NCBI GenBank assembly: GCA_963600865.1
Contig: CAVCDC010000001.1
Span: 46,709-110,708, forward strand
Source of the DNA: Firmicutes bacterium CAG:103
GTDB taxonomy: Bacteria > Bacteroidota > Bacteroidia > Bacteroidales > Bacteroidaceae
Direction of reading: 5' to 3'
DNA length: 64,000 nt
In this document: piece after piece, positions 1 through 11,578 of the stretch
Numbering within the stretch: position 1 is the stretch's first letter
Layout of the letters: every line of letters begins with the position of its first letter
The notes under the pieces: generated by a model
Told to the model about the DNA's origin: nothing
The model's input: only the letters and a program-made list of their open reading frames with translations
The model's database searches: none
Made by a program: the position numbers and the translations under genes

Positions 1-189
1 CGCAACAAGAGTATGGTGAAAAGTCTCTTCAAGGAGGCTACCGCCAACCACAGGCTCTTCAACGACAAGGACGAAGAGTTGACCTTGGCATATTATCGGC
101 GCGACGATTATCCCATACAGTTCTGTATCGACTGCGACTGGGTAAAGACACTTGCCTTCATCCGTTCCATCGACTGGAGCAAGATATAG
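1..189 (+). CDS. partial CDS (3' end only), product unknown
   Basis: Frame +1 is open from base 1 (RNKSMVKSLF...FIRSIDWSKI) to TAG at 187-189, with coding-like codon usage; family not recognised. Confidence 0.6.
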   Translation, partial: RNKSMVKSLFKEATANHRLFNDKDEELTLAYYRRDDYPIQFCIDCDWVKTLAFIRSIDWSKI

Positions 190-295
190 AGTTAAGAGTT
201 AAGAGTTAAGAGTTAAGAGTTAAGAGTGAAGAGTTAAGAGTGAAGAATGAAGAACGAAGAGTGAAGAGTGAAGAATCCAATACTCTCGAAGGTTA
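188..295. repeat. heptamer tandem repeat (AGAGT[T/G]A variants x12) plus diverged 22-bp core; copy A of dispersed element
   Basis: 12 units at 188-271, then AATCCAATACTCTCGAAGGTTA (274-295), a 17/22 match to the core at 32259 and 35906. Confidence 0.9.
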
Positions 296-330
296 TGGCC
301 TTAGCTTCTTGAACTTCACATGTTAATCAA

Positions 331-843
331 ATGATAAAAATAGCTACTATGAAAGTTATGAAGAAAAGAGTAATGCTGTTAATCGCCATGGCTATGCTGT
401 GCCTTGGCTCTTTTGCCGGAAATCCAGGAGTGACATTCCTTTTGACCAACGGCGAAAAAGTTAGTTTTATTTTCTTGGCAAAACCTGTTGTTTCAGTTAC
501 TTCTGATGGCATAAAGGTGTCAGCCACGGAGAGTTCTGATGTCAGTTATATGTTCTCGGAGGTTGACCGTTTCTATTTCGAGGACGATATAGTGACAGGC
601 ATCGAAGGTGTGAAGACAGAGACTAAGGCAACTCCAGTGTTCAGTTGTGAAAATGGTGTCGTGTCAGTCTGCGGTCTCGCAGCAGCAGAGCAGGTGTCGG
701 TCTATTCCCTCAACGGCAACAAGGTGGCTGGAGCAAAGGCAGACCAGACAGGTAGTACCCACGTAAATATCAACCATGTACCCGCAGGAGTGTATGTGGT
801 AAGTGCAGGAAGTGGCGTGAGCTTCAAACTGCTAAAGAAATAA
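331..843 (+). CDS. small secreted protein with T9SS (Por) C-terminal sorting domain
   Basis: Signal peptide MKKRVMLLIAMAMLCLGSFA (start may be 349 or 358); TGIE linker; CTD-like VYSLNG...PAGVYVV...FKLLKK. Confidence 0.8.
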   Translation: MIKIATMKVMKKRVMLLIAMAMLCLGSFAGNPGVTFLLTNGEKVSFIFLAKPVVSVTSDGIKVSATESSDVSYMFSEVDRFYFEDDIVTGIEGVKTETKATPVFSCENGVVSVCGLAAAEQVSVYSLNGNKVAGAKADQTGSTHVNINHVPAGVYVVSAGSGVSFKLLKK

Positions 844-868
844 GAGTGTTGCTATCCACACTCTTATT
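841..868. terminator. hairpin between convergent genes
   Basis: TAAGAGTG...CACTCTTA inverted repeat. Confidence 0.5.
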
Positions 869-900
869 CTCTAAAGTCATGCCATCCCTGTTGGACAGCC

Positions 901-2934
901 TTATTTCGCATCCAACTCTTTCTGCAGTCTGATGATTTCATCCCTGTATTGGGCTGCTTGCATGAAGTCCAGGTCCTTTGCCGCCTGCTTCATGAGAGCA
1001 GTCGTGTTGTCGATGCTCTTCTGCAGTTCCTCTTTCGTCATGGAGTGTATGATCGGGTCAGCGGCAAGCGAGGCTCCTTCTGGTTCGACATAGACATAGT
1101 TGTTTGCCTTTCCTGAGGTCTCTGTTGCCGAACTATCCTTGCCCGTCGGCAAGGCAGAGGTGATGGCTTTGTGAATCTGTTGCGGAGTGATGCCGTGCTC
1201 TTCGTTGTATTTCAACTGAATGGTACGTCTCCTTGCCGTTTCGTCAATGGTACGCTTCATACTCTCCGTGATGTTGTCGGCGTACATGATGACCTTGCCG
1301 TTGACATTGCGTGCGGCACGTCCTGCCGTCTGAGTCAGAGAGCGATGACTGCGCAGGAATCCCTCTTTGTCAGCGTCGAGTATGGCAACGAGTGAAACCT
1401 CCGGAAGGTCAAGACCCTCGCGCAACAGGTTGACACCCACCAATACATCATACGTACCGGCACGCAGGTCATTCATGATTTTCACACGGTCGAGTGTCGC
1501 CACATCACTGTGAATGTATGCCGCCCGGATGTCATGGTTGAGCAGATATTCTGTCATTTCTTCCGCCATGCGCTTGGTGAGCGTAGTAATCAGCACTCGT
1601 TCGTCGCGCTTTATGCGTGTGAGTATCTCGTCCAACAGGTCGTCTATCTGGTTCTCGCTCGGGCGCACCTCTATCTCTGGGTCCAACAGTCCTGTGGGGC
1701 GTATCACCTGCTCTACGACAACGCCCTCTGCCTCTGCGAGTTCATAGTCGGCAGGGGTGGCAGATACATATATCGTCTGGTGGAGTAGGGAATGGAACTC
1801 ATCGAACGTGAGCGGACGGTTGTCAAAGGCAGCAGGTAGGCGGAAACCATACTCCACCAAGTTCTGCTTCCTCGCCCTGTCACCACCATACATGGCACCA
1901 ATCTGCGGTATGCTGACATGACTCTCGTCAACCATCAGCAGGAAGTCGTCGGGGAAGAAGTCCAACAGACAGTATGGGCGATCGCCAGCCTTTCTTCCGT
2001 CAAAATATCTGGAGTAGTTCTCTATGCCAGAGCAGTGTCCCAACTCTTTGATCATCTCCATGTCGTACTCCACACGCTCCTTGATGCGCTGTGCCCTGAT
2101 AGGGTCGCCCAAGTCCTTGAAGAACTGTACGCGCTCGGTCAGGTCATCCTGAATCATGCGTATGGCGTGCTCCGTCTGTTCCTTGGTAGTAACGAAGAGG
2201 TTGGCAGGGTAGAGCTCATATTCCGCAAACGCCTCTATCCGCTGGAACGTAACGGCATCTACCTCCTCGATAGAGTCTATCTCGTCGTCCCACCAGTTTA
2301 TCCTGAGGACATTGTCGCTATAAGCCATGAACACATCCACAGTCTCACCTTTCACACGGAAGCAGCCGCGCTTCAACTCGATGTCGTTGCGAACGTAGAG
2401 CGCATCGACGAGGCGGCGCAAGAACTCATTGCGGTCTAACGTCTGTCCCCTCTTCAACTTGATGATGTTCTCCTGTAGGGCAACAGGGCCTCCCATTCCG
2501 TATATGCATGAGACAGAAGATACTACCACCACATCTTTTCTACCGGAGAGAAGGGCGGAGACAGCTCCCAGGCGCAGTTTGTCTATCTCTTCGTTGATGG
2601 CAAGGTCCTTCTCGATATAGGTGTCCGTTGTCGGCAGATAAGCCTCCGGCTGGTAGTAGTCGTAGTAAGACACATAGTATTCGACGGCGTTATCGGGAAA
2701 GAACCCCTTCATCTCCTGATAGAGTTGTGCGGCAAGGGTCTTGTTGTGACTCAGGATGAGTGTAGGCTTCCCTGTGTTGGCGATGACGTTGGCCATAGTG
2801 AACGTCTTGCCGGAACCGGTGACACCCAACAGCACCTGGGCGGCATCACCATTGTTGATGCCTTCGGTAAGGTGAGCTATCGCCTGCGGCTGGTCGCCTG
2901 TGGGCTTGTATTTTGAAGTCAACTTGAAATTCAT
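901..2934 (-). CDS. uvrB: excinuclease ABC subunit B
   Basis: PTGDQP, Walker A GVTGSGKT, YYDYYQPEAY, DESH, C-terminal UVR coiled coil; start corrected to MNFKLTS. Confidence 0.98.
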   Translation of the reverse strand: MNFKLTSKYKPTGDQPQAIAHLTEGINNGDAAQVLLGVTGSGKTFTMANVIANTGKPTLILSHNKTLAAQLYQEMKGFFPDNAVEYYVSYYDYYQPEAYLPTTDTYIEKDLAINEEIDKLRLGAVSALLSGRKDVVVVSSVSCIYGMGGPVALQENIIKLKRGQTLDRNEFLRRLVDALYVRNDIELKRGCFRVKGETVDVFMAYSDNVLRINWWDDEIDSIEEVDAVTFQRIEAFAEYELYPANLFVTTKEQTEHAIRMIQDDLTERVQFFKDLGDPIRAQRIKERVEYDMEMIKELGHCSGIENYSRYFDGRKAGDRPYCLLDFFPDDFLLMVDESHVSIPQIGAMYGGDRARKQNLVEYGFRLPAAFDNRPLTFDEFHSLLHQTIYVSATPADYELAEAEGVVVEQVIRPTGLLDPEIEVRPSENQIDDLLDEILTRIKRDERVLITTLTKRMAEEMTEYLLNHDIRAAYIHSDVATLDRVKIMNDLRAGTYDVLVGVNLLREGLDLPEVSLVAILDADKEGFLRSHRSLTQTAGRAARNVNGKVIMYADNITESMKRTIDETARRRTIQLKYNEEHGITPQQIHKAITSALPTGKDSSATETSGKANNYVYVEPEGASLAADPIIHSMTKEELQKSIDNTTALMKQAAKDLDFMQAAQYRDEIIRLQKELDAK

Positions 2935-3008
2935 GCTTGCAAAAGTACAAAAAACAATGCAATATTCGTTATAAAGACTAATTATTTGCGAAAAAATGTA
3001 TCTTTTCC

Positions 3009-3039
3009 TTTGCCGAAAGGTAAAATATAAGTATCTTTG
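3009..3039 (+). promoter_or_regulatory. Bacteroidota sigma-A promoter for bamD operon
   Basis: TTTG(3009-12)-N19-TATCTTTG(3032-39). Confidence 0.75.
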
Positions 3040-3057
3040 CAACTCAAAACGTAACCA

Positions 3058-3918
3058 ATGAGAAAAACTGTTTTAATCATGGCTTGTGCGGTGGCACTCC
3101 TCACGGGGTGTACCAATCAGTTTAATCAGGTTTATAAATCTGACAATTATAATTTCAAATACGAATATGCCAAGGAATGCTTTGCCTCGGGTAAGTATTC
3201 CCGTGCCGTCATGCTCCTTCAGGAACTCGTTACGCTGAAGAAAGGAAGCATCGAGGCAGAGGAGTGTCTGTATATGTTGGCGATGTCGGAATATGGGTTG
3301 CGTGACTATGAGACGGCATCTGAATATTTCAAGAAGTACTATCAGAGTTATCCCAAGGGTATCTATGCCGAGAATGCCAAATTCTATGTGGGCGAGAGCC
3401 TCTATATGAATGCTCCCGAACCAAGACTCGACCAGACTACGACAGTGTCGGCTATCGCTGCCTACCAGGAATTCCTTGACCTCTATCCCGATGCCAAGTT
3501 GAAGTCAAAGGCAACAAACCGTCTCTTTGAACTGCAGGATCTCTTGGTGGAGAAGGAATACAAGAACGCCAAGCTCTACTTTGACATGGGAACCTATTTC
3601 GGTAACTGCACGAACGGCGGCAACAACTACGAGGCTTGCATCGTGACAGCGCAGAACGCCCTGAAGGACTATCCTTACAGCAACAAGCGTGAAGATTTCT
3701 CCATCCTCGTGATGAAGGGTAAGTATGAACTGGCAAAGATGAGCGTCGAGAGCAAGCAGTTGGAGCGTTATCAGGATGCCGAGGATGAGTGCTACGGATT
3801 CATCAACGAATATCCTGACTCCAAAGAGCGTGCTACTGCAGAGAAGTATATAGAAAAATGCAAGGAGTTTGAGAAGAAACATCCCGACGACAGTTACAGC
3901 AAACTGGAAAACAATTAG
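3058..3918 (+). CDS. bamD: outer membrane protein assembly factor BamD (TPR lipoprotein)
   Basis: Lipobox LTGC, TPR-like helices, PRLDQ motif, typical position upstream of rpoZ in Bacteroidota. Confidence 0.9.
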   Translation: MRKTVLIMACAVALLTGCTNQFNQVYKSDNYNFKYEYAKECFASGKYSRAVMLLQELVTLKKGSIEAEECLYMLAMSEYGLRDYETASEYFKKYYQSYPKGIYAENAKFYVGESLYMNAPEPRLDQTTTVSAIAAYQEFLDLYPDAKLKSKATNRLFELQDLLVEKEYKNAKLYFDMGTYFGNCTNGGNNYEACIVTAQNALKDYPYSNKREDFSILVMKGKYELAKMSVESKQLERYQDAEDECYGFINEYPDSKERATAEKYIEKCKEFEKKHPDDSYSKLENN

Positions 3919-3973
3919 TCAAGCAAGCATAGCATAAAGATAATAACAAGCATAAAGATTATAAAATAAGATT

Positions 3974-4324
3974 ATGGATTACAAGAAATCAAACGCACCG
4001 GTCAATACCGTTACACGCAACATTATGGATCTTTGTGACGAGACAGGCAATATCTACGAGAGCGTAGCCATCATTGCCAAGCGAAGCAACCAGATAGCCA
4101 TGGAGATCAAGCAAGATCTGAGCAAGAAACTTCAGGAGTTCGCCTCGTACAACGATTCTTTGGAGGAAGTGTTCGAAAACCGTGAGCAGATTGAAATCTC
4201 CCGCTACTATGAGAAACTCCCCAAGCCAACACTCCTTGCTACAGAGGAATTTGTTGAGAATAATATCTATTGGCGTGACCCTTCCAAGGATGCACAGCAG
4301 CAGAGTGATACCTTTGATCTGTAA
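3974..4324 (+). CDS. rpoZ: RNA polymerase omega subunit (Bacteroidota type)
   Basis: TGNIYESVAIIAKR, EEVFENREQIEISRYYEKLPKP. Confidence 0.9.
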   Translation: MDYKKSNAPVNTVTRNIMDLCDETGNIYESVAIIAKRSNQIAMEIKQDLSKKLQEFASYNDSLEEVFENREQIEISRYYEKLPKPTLLATEEFVENNIYWRDPSKDAQQQSDTFDL

Positions 4325-4357
4325 TTGGATATTCTAATCGCATAAACTAAGACCAGT

Positions 4358-4831
4358 ATGATACAGCGGAAACAGTCCATCTTTCTTCTGCTTGCCGTAG
4401 TGGCTTATCTACTTTGCCTGTTCTTGCCTGTCGGAGTGGTTTCTCCTAAAGGCATGGGTAGTGATGTCATCGTTTACAACTTAGGCATCGTGAACGGAGA
4501 GAATGGTTCTATTAATATAATAGGTACGTGCGTACCTCTTTTTATATTAGCGGCAGTCTCGGCACTGCTCTCTTTGGTCACCATTTTCATGTACCGCAAC
4601 AGACAGTTGCAGATGACACTCTGTGCCGTAACGATACTCTTCTCCTGCCTGTGGTGCATCGATTACGCACTGCTCTATCTGGGCATGGTGCAGATACCTG
4701 AGGTGGAGGGTACATTCGGTATCTCTTTCGGCGTATGCCTTCCGATAGTAGGACTCATCCTTGTCGCTATGGCACGCAAGGGAGTCCAGGACGACGAGAA
4801 GTTGGTAAAGGCAGCAGACAGAATACGTTAA
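4358..4831 (+). CDS. DUF4293-like membrane protein
   Basis: MIQRKQSIFL N-terminus, 4 TM segments, DEKLVKAADRIR C-terminus. Confidence 0.8.
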   Translation: MIQRKQSIFLLLAVVAYLLCLFLPVGVVSPKGMGSDVIVYNLGIVNGENGSINIIGTCVPLFILAAVSALLSLVTIFMYRNRQLQMTLCAVTILFSCLWCIDYALLYLGMVQIPEVEGTFGISFGVCLPIVGLILVAMARKGVQDDEKLVKAADRIR

Positions 4832-4944
4832 AAAACAAGAAAAGAGCAAGTAAAATTTGTGAGGGATACGAAAAAGTCGTACCTTTGCACGGCTGTTACG
4901 AGATGACAGCATAAAATTCAAACCTTTTAAAACAAAAACAAAAA

Positions 4945-5475
4945 ATGGCAACAAAAATCAGATTGCAGCGCGGCGGTCGCAAGAACTATGCTTTCTACCG
5001 TATCGTTATCGCTGACGTAAGAGCACCACGTGATGGTAAGTTTACAGAAAAGATTGGTTCTTTCAACCCTAACACCAATCCTGCTACCGTAGATTTGAAT
5101 TTCGAGCGTGCACTCTACTGGGTAGAGACTGGCGCACAGCCTACCGACACTGTTCGTAACATCCTCAAGGGTGAAGGCGTTTACTTGATGAAGCACCTCC
5201 GTGGTGGCGTGAAGAAGGGCGCTTTCGACGAGGCTGAGGCACAGAAGCGTTTCGATGCTTGGAAGGCTGGTAAGACACAGCAGACTGCTGCTGTTGCTGA
5301 GGGCGTAGCAAAGGCTAAGAAAGAGGCTGCTGCTAAGGAGCTTGAGGCAGAGAAGAAGATTAACGAGGCTATTGCCAAGAAGGTGGCTGACAAGAAGGCT
5401 GCTGAGGCTGCTGCCAAGGCTGAGGCTGAGGCTGCTCCTGCTGAGACAGCTGAAGAGGCTCCTGCTGAGGCTTAA
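4945..5475 (+). CDS. rpsP: 30S ribosomal protein S16 with Ala/Glu/Lys-rich extension
   Basis: [10 protein letters not shown]...[16 protein letters not shown]...GAQPTDTV; highly biased codons. Confidence 0.98.
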   Translation: MATKIRLQRGGRKNYAFYRIVIADVRAPRDGKFTEKIGSFNPNTNPATVDLNFERALYWVETGAQPTDTVRNILKGEGVYLMKHLRGGVKKGAFDEAEAQKRFDAWKAGKTQQTAAVAEGVAKAKKEAAAKELEAEKKINEAIAKKVADKKAAEAAAKAEAEAAPAETAEEAPAEA

Positions 5476-5500
5476 TCTTACTTACAAGATTGAAAGTATA

Positions 5501-5533
5501 AAGGCCGGATTTCCTATGGGAGTCCGACCTTTT
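5501..5533 (+). terminator. intrinsic terminator of rpsP
   Basis: AAGGCCGGATTTCC-TAT-GGGAGTCCGACCTT followed by a T tract. Confidence 0.8.
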
Positions 5534-5625
5534 GTGTATAAAGAAATCTTGTTTACGACATAATAAGTTGACAAGTCGCTCGTTATATTATATATATTAC
5601 AGCTAAAACCTATCTCTAAAGGCGA

Positions 5626-7107
5626 ATGGAAAAGGTTGAAGAGCAAGACAGTTACTCTCACATTCTGAAATACACTGGCATTTTTGGCGGTGTACAGGGG
5701 CTTAATATCCTCATTGGAATCGCAAGAAATAAGTTTGCTGCGATTCTGTTGGGAGCTAACGGAATGGGACTTGTCTCTCTCTTTAGTTCAACCATCAATA
5801 TGCTCGTGTCTGCAACCAACTTCGGGATACCCACCAGTGGTGTGCAGGTCATATCTTCTAAGTACCAATCTCAATCCGACCAACTGGCAGGGTCAATTAA
5901 GTCTATTCGCTCTTGGAGTTTGCTAACGGCATTGTTAGGTACTCTCGTCTGTGTTCTTTTCAGTTCGTTTCTTGACAAACTTACTTTCACATGGGGAAAC
6001 CACGTTCTCCATTTTGTCTTGTTGTCTCCTGTTGTCGGACTAACGATTCTCGCAGCTGGTGAAATGGCCGTCCTTAAGGCGACCAGGCAGTTGAAGTCCT
6101 TGGCAAGCAGTTCCCTTCTTGTCATTGCTTCTTCCTTGGTCATCTCCGTCCCTGTTTATTATGTCTGGAATCAGAAAGGTATTATCGCCGTTCTTGTCTT
6201 CCAGGCTTTGGCGCAATGTTTGGCTACATTCTATTTCTCTTTGCGTTATTATCCATACTCTGTATCATTCTCAATTCCTTTTTTGCGAAAAGGAATAGGA
6301 GTCATCAAACTTGGAGTAGCCTTTGTGTTGGCAGGCTTGTTGAATTCGGGAGCCGAGTTCTTGATACGGACATATATTAATAATGTAGGTGGACTGGACC
6401 ATGTCGGTTTTTTCAATGCGGGATGGACTTTGGCTGTAGTATATTCCGGTTTGGTATTCTCTTCCATGGATGCTGATTATTTCCCTCGGCTGTCATCAGT
6501 CACTGGTGCCATCACAGAACAAAATGATTGCGTCAACAAACAGATAGAGATGAACGTCCTCTTGGTGAGTCCTATTCTTACTGTCATGTTGATAGGTTTG
6601 CCCATAGGTATTCCCATCTTGTACGACAGCGACTTTATGACGATACTTCGCATGACTCAGTTGGCTCTGGTCAGCATGCTTTTCAAGGCAATCTATATTC
6701 CCATAGAATATCTGCCATTGTCCAAAGGGAAGTCGTGGATATTTCTTTGCCAGGAGGCAGCCTGTGTCTTGTTGCTCATCGTTAGCCAGATAGTGGGATA
6801 TCACTATATGGGACTCGACGGCTTAGGTTTGGGTATTTTGGTTGCTTACTTCGTGGAGACGATGTGTGTGCTCCTGTATAGCAAGTTCTATTTTACCTTT
6901 CAGCTCTCTCGACAGGTGATCTTTGCAATTTTGCCTCAGGCGCTGTTCCTTTCCGTTGCTGTCGTTTGGATTTTCATGGACGTTCCCGTTTGGTGCTATT
7001 GGCTGGTAGGAGCTATTCTTGCCGTTGGACACTTGTCATATGCATTCCGTCAGTTGAGAAATAAGACAAACGTGCAGAATGTGTTTGCAAGAAAGTTGAG
7101 AAAGTAA
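5626..7107 (+). CDS. wzx: Wzx-type oligosaccharide flippase (MOP superfamily)
   Basis: About 12-14 TM segments; SYSHILKYTGIFGGVQ N-terminus; DYFPRLS motif. Confidence 0.8.
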   Translation: MEKVEEQDSYSHILKYTGIFGGVQGLNILIGIARNKFAAILLGANGMGLVSLFSSTINMLVSATNFGIPTSGVQVISSKYQSQSDQLAGSIKSIRSWSLLTALLGTLVCVLFSSFLDKLTFTWGNHVLHFVLLSPVVGLTILAAGEMAVLKATRQLKSLASSSLLVIASSLVISVPVYYVWNQKGIIAVLVFQALAQCLATFYFSLRYYPYSVSFSIPFLRKGIGVIKLGVAFVLAGLLNSGAEFLIRTYINNVGGLDHVGFFNAGWTLAVVYSGLVFSSMDADYFPRLSSVTGAITEQNDCVNKQIEMNVLLVSPILTVMLIGLPIGIPILYDSDFMTILRMTQLALVSMLFKAIYIPIEYLPLSKGKSWIFLCQEAACVLLLIVSQIVGYHYMGLDGLGLGILVAYFVETMCVLLYSKFYFTFQLSRQVIFAILPQALFLSVAVVWIFMDVPVWCYWLVGAILAVGHLSYAFRQLRNKTNVQNVFARKLRK

Positions 7108-7246
7108 GCATTTTCTTCTCCAAAAGTAGTGTCTTTGATGACATAATCGTTATTTTTCCGTTAAACGGATATAAAATTTCGTTCTTTTTGCCGCTCATGT
7201 AAAGAATATTCGTTATCTTTGCGTTCGAAATGATAAGATAACGCGT

Positions 7247-8662
7247 ATGACGATAGTCATTGTGTCCATATTGCTTGTTGGGTGTCTCCTTATAGCGACG
7301 GAGAACATTACCAAGGTGAACCGTGCTGCCGTGGCGATTTTTGCCGGAACGGTGGGATGGGTTCTCTATATTTGTTTCGGTATGGATTTCGTCACGAGTC
7401 AGCACGCATACGATTTTTCCCATTATCTGCATGCGGATTATTTGAATACCATGCCAGATGACAGCATTACTGTCAAGAATTATATTGCCCGATACATATT
7501 CCTTCCTTATGTGGGAAGAGCTGCGGAAATCGTGCTTTTCCTCTTGTCAACAATGACCATTGTGGAGATTCTCGACAACAACGGCTGTTTTGATTTCGTG
7601 CGCCAGTTGTTGCGCACTCGTAGGAGTCGGAAGATGCTTTGGACGCTCGCTGTTGTCACCTTTATTATCTCCGCCAATCTCGACAACCTTACGACAACGG
7701 TCATGATGCTCACCATTATGCACGGGGTTGTGACCAGTAGGAGGCAACGGTTGTTCTATGGTAGTGCCATCCTTTTGGCGGCAAATTGTGGCGGTGCACT
7801 GACTGTGATTGGCAATCCAGAAGGGTTGGTGCTTTGGAACAGCGGTTTTGTCACAGCGACGCGCTTTTCCATGTCGCTGTTGTTGCCTTGCTTGGTGGCG
7901 TGGCTTCTTCCCACTTGGCTCTTGGCAAGTAAGTTGCCTGAGAGGGTGGAGACTGAATGGATAGTCATGCCCTATAGGGGTGATGATACCCGCCTGAACG
8001 TATGGCAGCGCCTCGTGATGCTTTTTGTCGGCATCGGAGGACTGTGGTTTATTCCCACTTTCCACAACATTACGAAACTTAGTCCGTTCCTCGGCGCCCT
8101 TTGTGTGTTGAGCATCCTTTGGATAGTCAACGAGATATTCAACCGTAAGTTGATGAACATGGACTATATGGCAGAACGCCGTATGCCTAAGGTGCTGCAA
8201 TATGGGTCGATACAGATGATACTGTTTGTCATGGGCATCATGTTGGCAGTAGGAGTGGTAAAAGAGACGGGGGCGTTTGATGGCGTTTCTGCCTACATGA
8301 CTCCAGATTCCTATGCTGGTAATCCCTGGATAACCGGTGTTGTGGCAGGAGTGCTGAGCACCGTTCTTGACAATTTTGCCACGGCGATGACATTCTTCTC
8401 TTTTCCTGATACGATGGCTCCTGCTGGTATGCCCCTCCTGGAGGCTGGAAATTACGGATGTAATGGGATGTATTGGAGAATAGTGGTCTATTGCGTCATG
8501 GCGGGTGGCAATGTGCTCAGTGTAGGAACAGTGAGCGGACTGGCTTTGATGAAAATGGAACATATGCGTGTAGGATGGTTTTTCCGCAATGTGGGTTGGA
8601 AAGCACTGCTTGGCGGATGCGTAGGACTGTTCCTTATGTGGTTCATGGAATGTAATATATAA
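7247..8662 (+). CDS. NhaD/ion-transporter (IT) superfamily Na+/H+ antiporter-like protein
   Basis: MTIVEILD, SANLDNLTT, AANCGGA, VLDN, GGNVLSVGT motifs; many TM segments. Confidence 0.75.
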   Translation: MTIVIVSILLVGCLLIATENITKVNRAAVAIFAGTVGWVLYICFGMDFVTSQHAYDFSHYLHADYLNTMPDDSITVKNYIARYIFLPYVGRAAEIVLFLLSTMTIVEILDNNGCFDFVRQLLRTRRSRKMLWTLAVVTFIISANLDNLTTTVMMLTIMHGVVTSRRQRLFYGSAILLAANCGGALTVIGNPEGLVLWNSGFVTATRFSMSLLLPCLVAWLLPTWLLASKLPERVETEWIVMPYRGDDTRLNVWQRLVMLFVGIGGLWFIPTFHNITKLSPFLGALCVLSILWIVNEIFNRKLMNMDYMAERRMPKVLQYGSIQMILFVMGIMLAVGVVKETGAFDGVSAYMTPDSYAGNPWITGVVAGVLSTVLDNFATAMTFFSFPDTMAPAGMPLLEAGNYGCNGMYWRIVVYCVMAGGNVLSVGTVSGLALMKMEHMRVGWFFRNVGWKALLGGCVGLFLMWFMECNI

Positions 8663-8690
8663 GGTATAATTATAAATAAAGGTATAGTTT

Positions 8691-9668
8691 ATGGCAAAGA
8701 TTAAGACAATAGGAATCATGACTTCCGGAGGTGATGCTCCTGGCATGAATGCAGCTATCCGTGCGGTAACACGTTCGGCTATCTACAACGGTTTCAAGGT
8801 AAAAGGTATCTTCCGTGGCTATGATGGTTTGATCAATGGAGAAATCAAGTCTTTCACCACAGAGAACGTAAGTGGAATCATCGGTACGGGTGGTACCATT
8901 CTCAAGACGGCACGCTCCAAGGAGTTTATGACTGAGGAAGGTCGACAGAAGGCTTATGAGAATATTCAGAAGGAAGAGATTGATGCTCTTGTTGTCATTG
9001 GCGGTAATGGTTCTTTGACAGGTGCCATGAACTTTGCGCAAGAGTATGATATCTGCTGCATCGGACTTCCTGGTACCATTGACAATGACCTTTATGGTAC
9101 GGATAACACCATCGGTTATGACACGACCATGAATACCATCGTGGAGTGTGTGGACCGTATTCGAGACACGGCGCAGAGCCATGAACGTATCTTCTTTATT
9201 GAGGTAATGGGACGTGATGCCGGTTTCTTGGCCCAGAACAGTGCCATCGCCAGTGGTGCAGAGGCTGCCATCATCCCGGAAGACAGTACTGACGTCGACC
9301 AGTTGGCACAGTTTATGGAGCGAGGCATCCGTAAGTCCAAGAAGAGCTGTATCGTCATCGTCTCAGAGAGTCCTAAGTGTGGCGCCCTCTACTATGCAGA
9401 CCGTGTGCGCAAGGAGTTCCCTGAGTTTGATGTAAGGGTTTCCATCCTTGGCCATCTTCAGCGAGGTGGTCGCCCTTCAGCCCGTGACCGCATCCTTGCC
9501 TCGCGTACAGGCTGTGGAGCGATAGAGGCCATCATCCAGGGACAGCGCAATGTGATGATTGGCGTGCGTAACAACGAGGTTGTGTACGTACCTCTGTCAG
9601 AGGCCATCCGTTCGGACAAACCATTCGATCGCAAACTCATCAAGGTACTTGACGAGTTGAGCATCTAA
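8691..9668 (+). CDS. pfkA: ATP-dependent 6-phosphofructokinase
   Basis: [35 protein letters not shown]. Confidence 0.97.
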   Translation: MAKIKTIGIMTSGGDAPGMNAAIRAVTRSAIYNGFKVKGIFRGYDGLINGEIKSFTTENVSGIIGTGGTILKTARSKEFMTEEGRQKAYENIQKEEIDALVVIGGNGSLTGAMNFAQEYDICCIGLPGTIDNDLYGTDNTIGYDTTMNTIVECVDRIRDTAQSHERIFFIEVMGRDAGFLAQNSAIASGAEAAIIPEDSTDVDQLAQFMERGIRKSKKSCIVIVSESPKCGALYYADRVRKEFPEFDVRVSILGHLQRGGRPSARDRILASRTGCGAIEAIIQGQRNVMIGVRNNEVVYVPLSEAIRSDKPFDRKLIKVLDELSI

Positions 9669-9793
9669 GAGGTGTTGTAGACAGGCGAAAGTAGCGCTTG
9701 TCCTCTTATGCAGCGTACTTTTAGACATGAAAAAAGCCGTTTTGTCTAATATACGCTAAAAAGGGTAAAAATAGGAACAAAACTCCGAATAAG

Positions 9794-9825
9794 TTTGGAG
9801 TTTTCGGGAATGTTTGTTACTTTTG
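9794..9825 (+). promoter_or_regulatory. sigma-A promoter of atp operon
   Basis: TTTG(9794-97)-N20-TACTTTTG(9818-25); overlapped by hairpin AAAACTCCGAA-TAAG-TTTGGAGTTTT (9779-9804, possibly the pfkA terminator). Confidence 0.75.
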
Positions 9826-9924
9826 CAGTCGCTCAGCCACAACAGTGACTGAATCATTAACGAAACAAAAAACATCAAGGGCGGGAATGAAAACCGTCCC
9901 AACAACAACATTAAAAACGAATAG

Positions 9925-11454
<1,530 letters not shown>

Positions 11455-11461
11455 TCCTCTA

Positions 11462-11564
11462 TGAAGTGAAGAGTGAAGAACGAGGCGTGAAGAATCAGAA
11501 TACTTTATCGCAAAGATGGATTTTACACGAATCATTTAACATTCAACACTTATCACTTAACATT
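11462..11564. repeat. decayed heptamer element (copy B) between atpD and atpC
   Basis: GAAGTGAAGAGTGAAGAACGAGGCGTGAAGAATC arm; CATTTAA-CATTCAA-CACTTAT-CACTTAA heptamers at 11533-11560. Confidence 0.7.
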
Positions 11565-11578
11565 ATAAATCAAGGATT

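Noticed and set aside
2935..3042. N-terminal extensions in the ORF track (uvrB, dsbD, AAA-CYTH, radA, isomerase, M48, rarA)
   Set aside because: The extensions run through TAnnTTTG promoter elements; downstream ATGs match the family N-termini.
7547..8746. 399-aa minus-strand ORF (also 21480-22754 and 55519-56565)
   Set aside because: Antisense shadows of nhaD-like, czcA and ABC-F genes, expected from codon bias.
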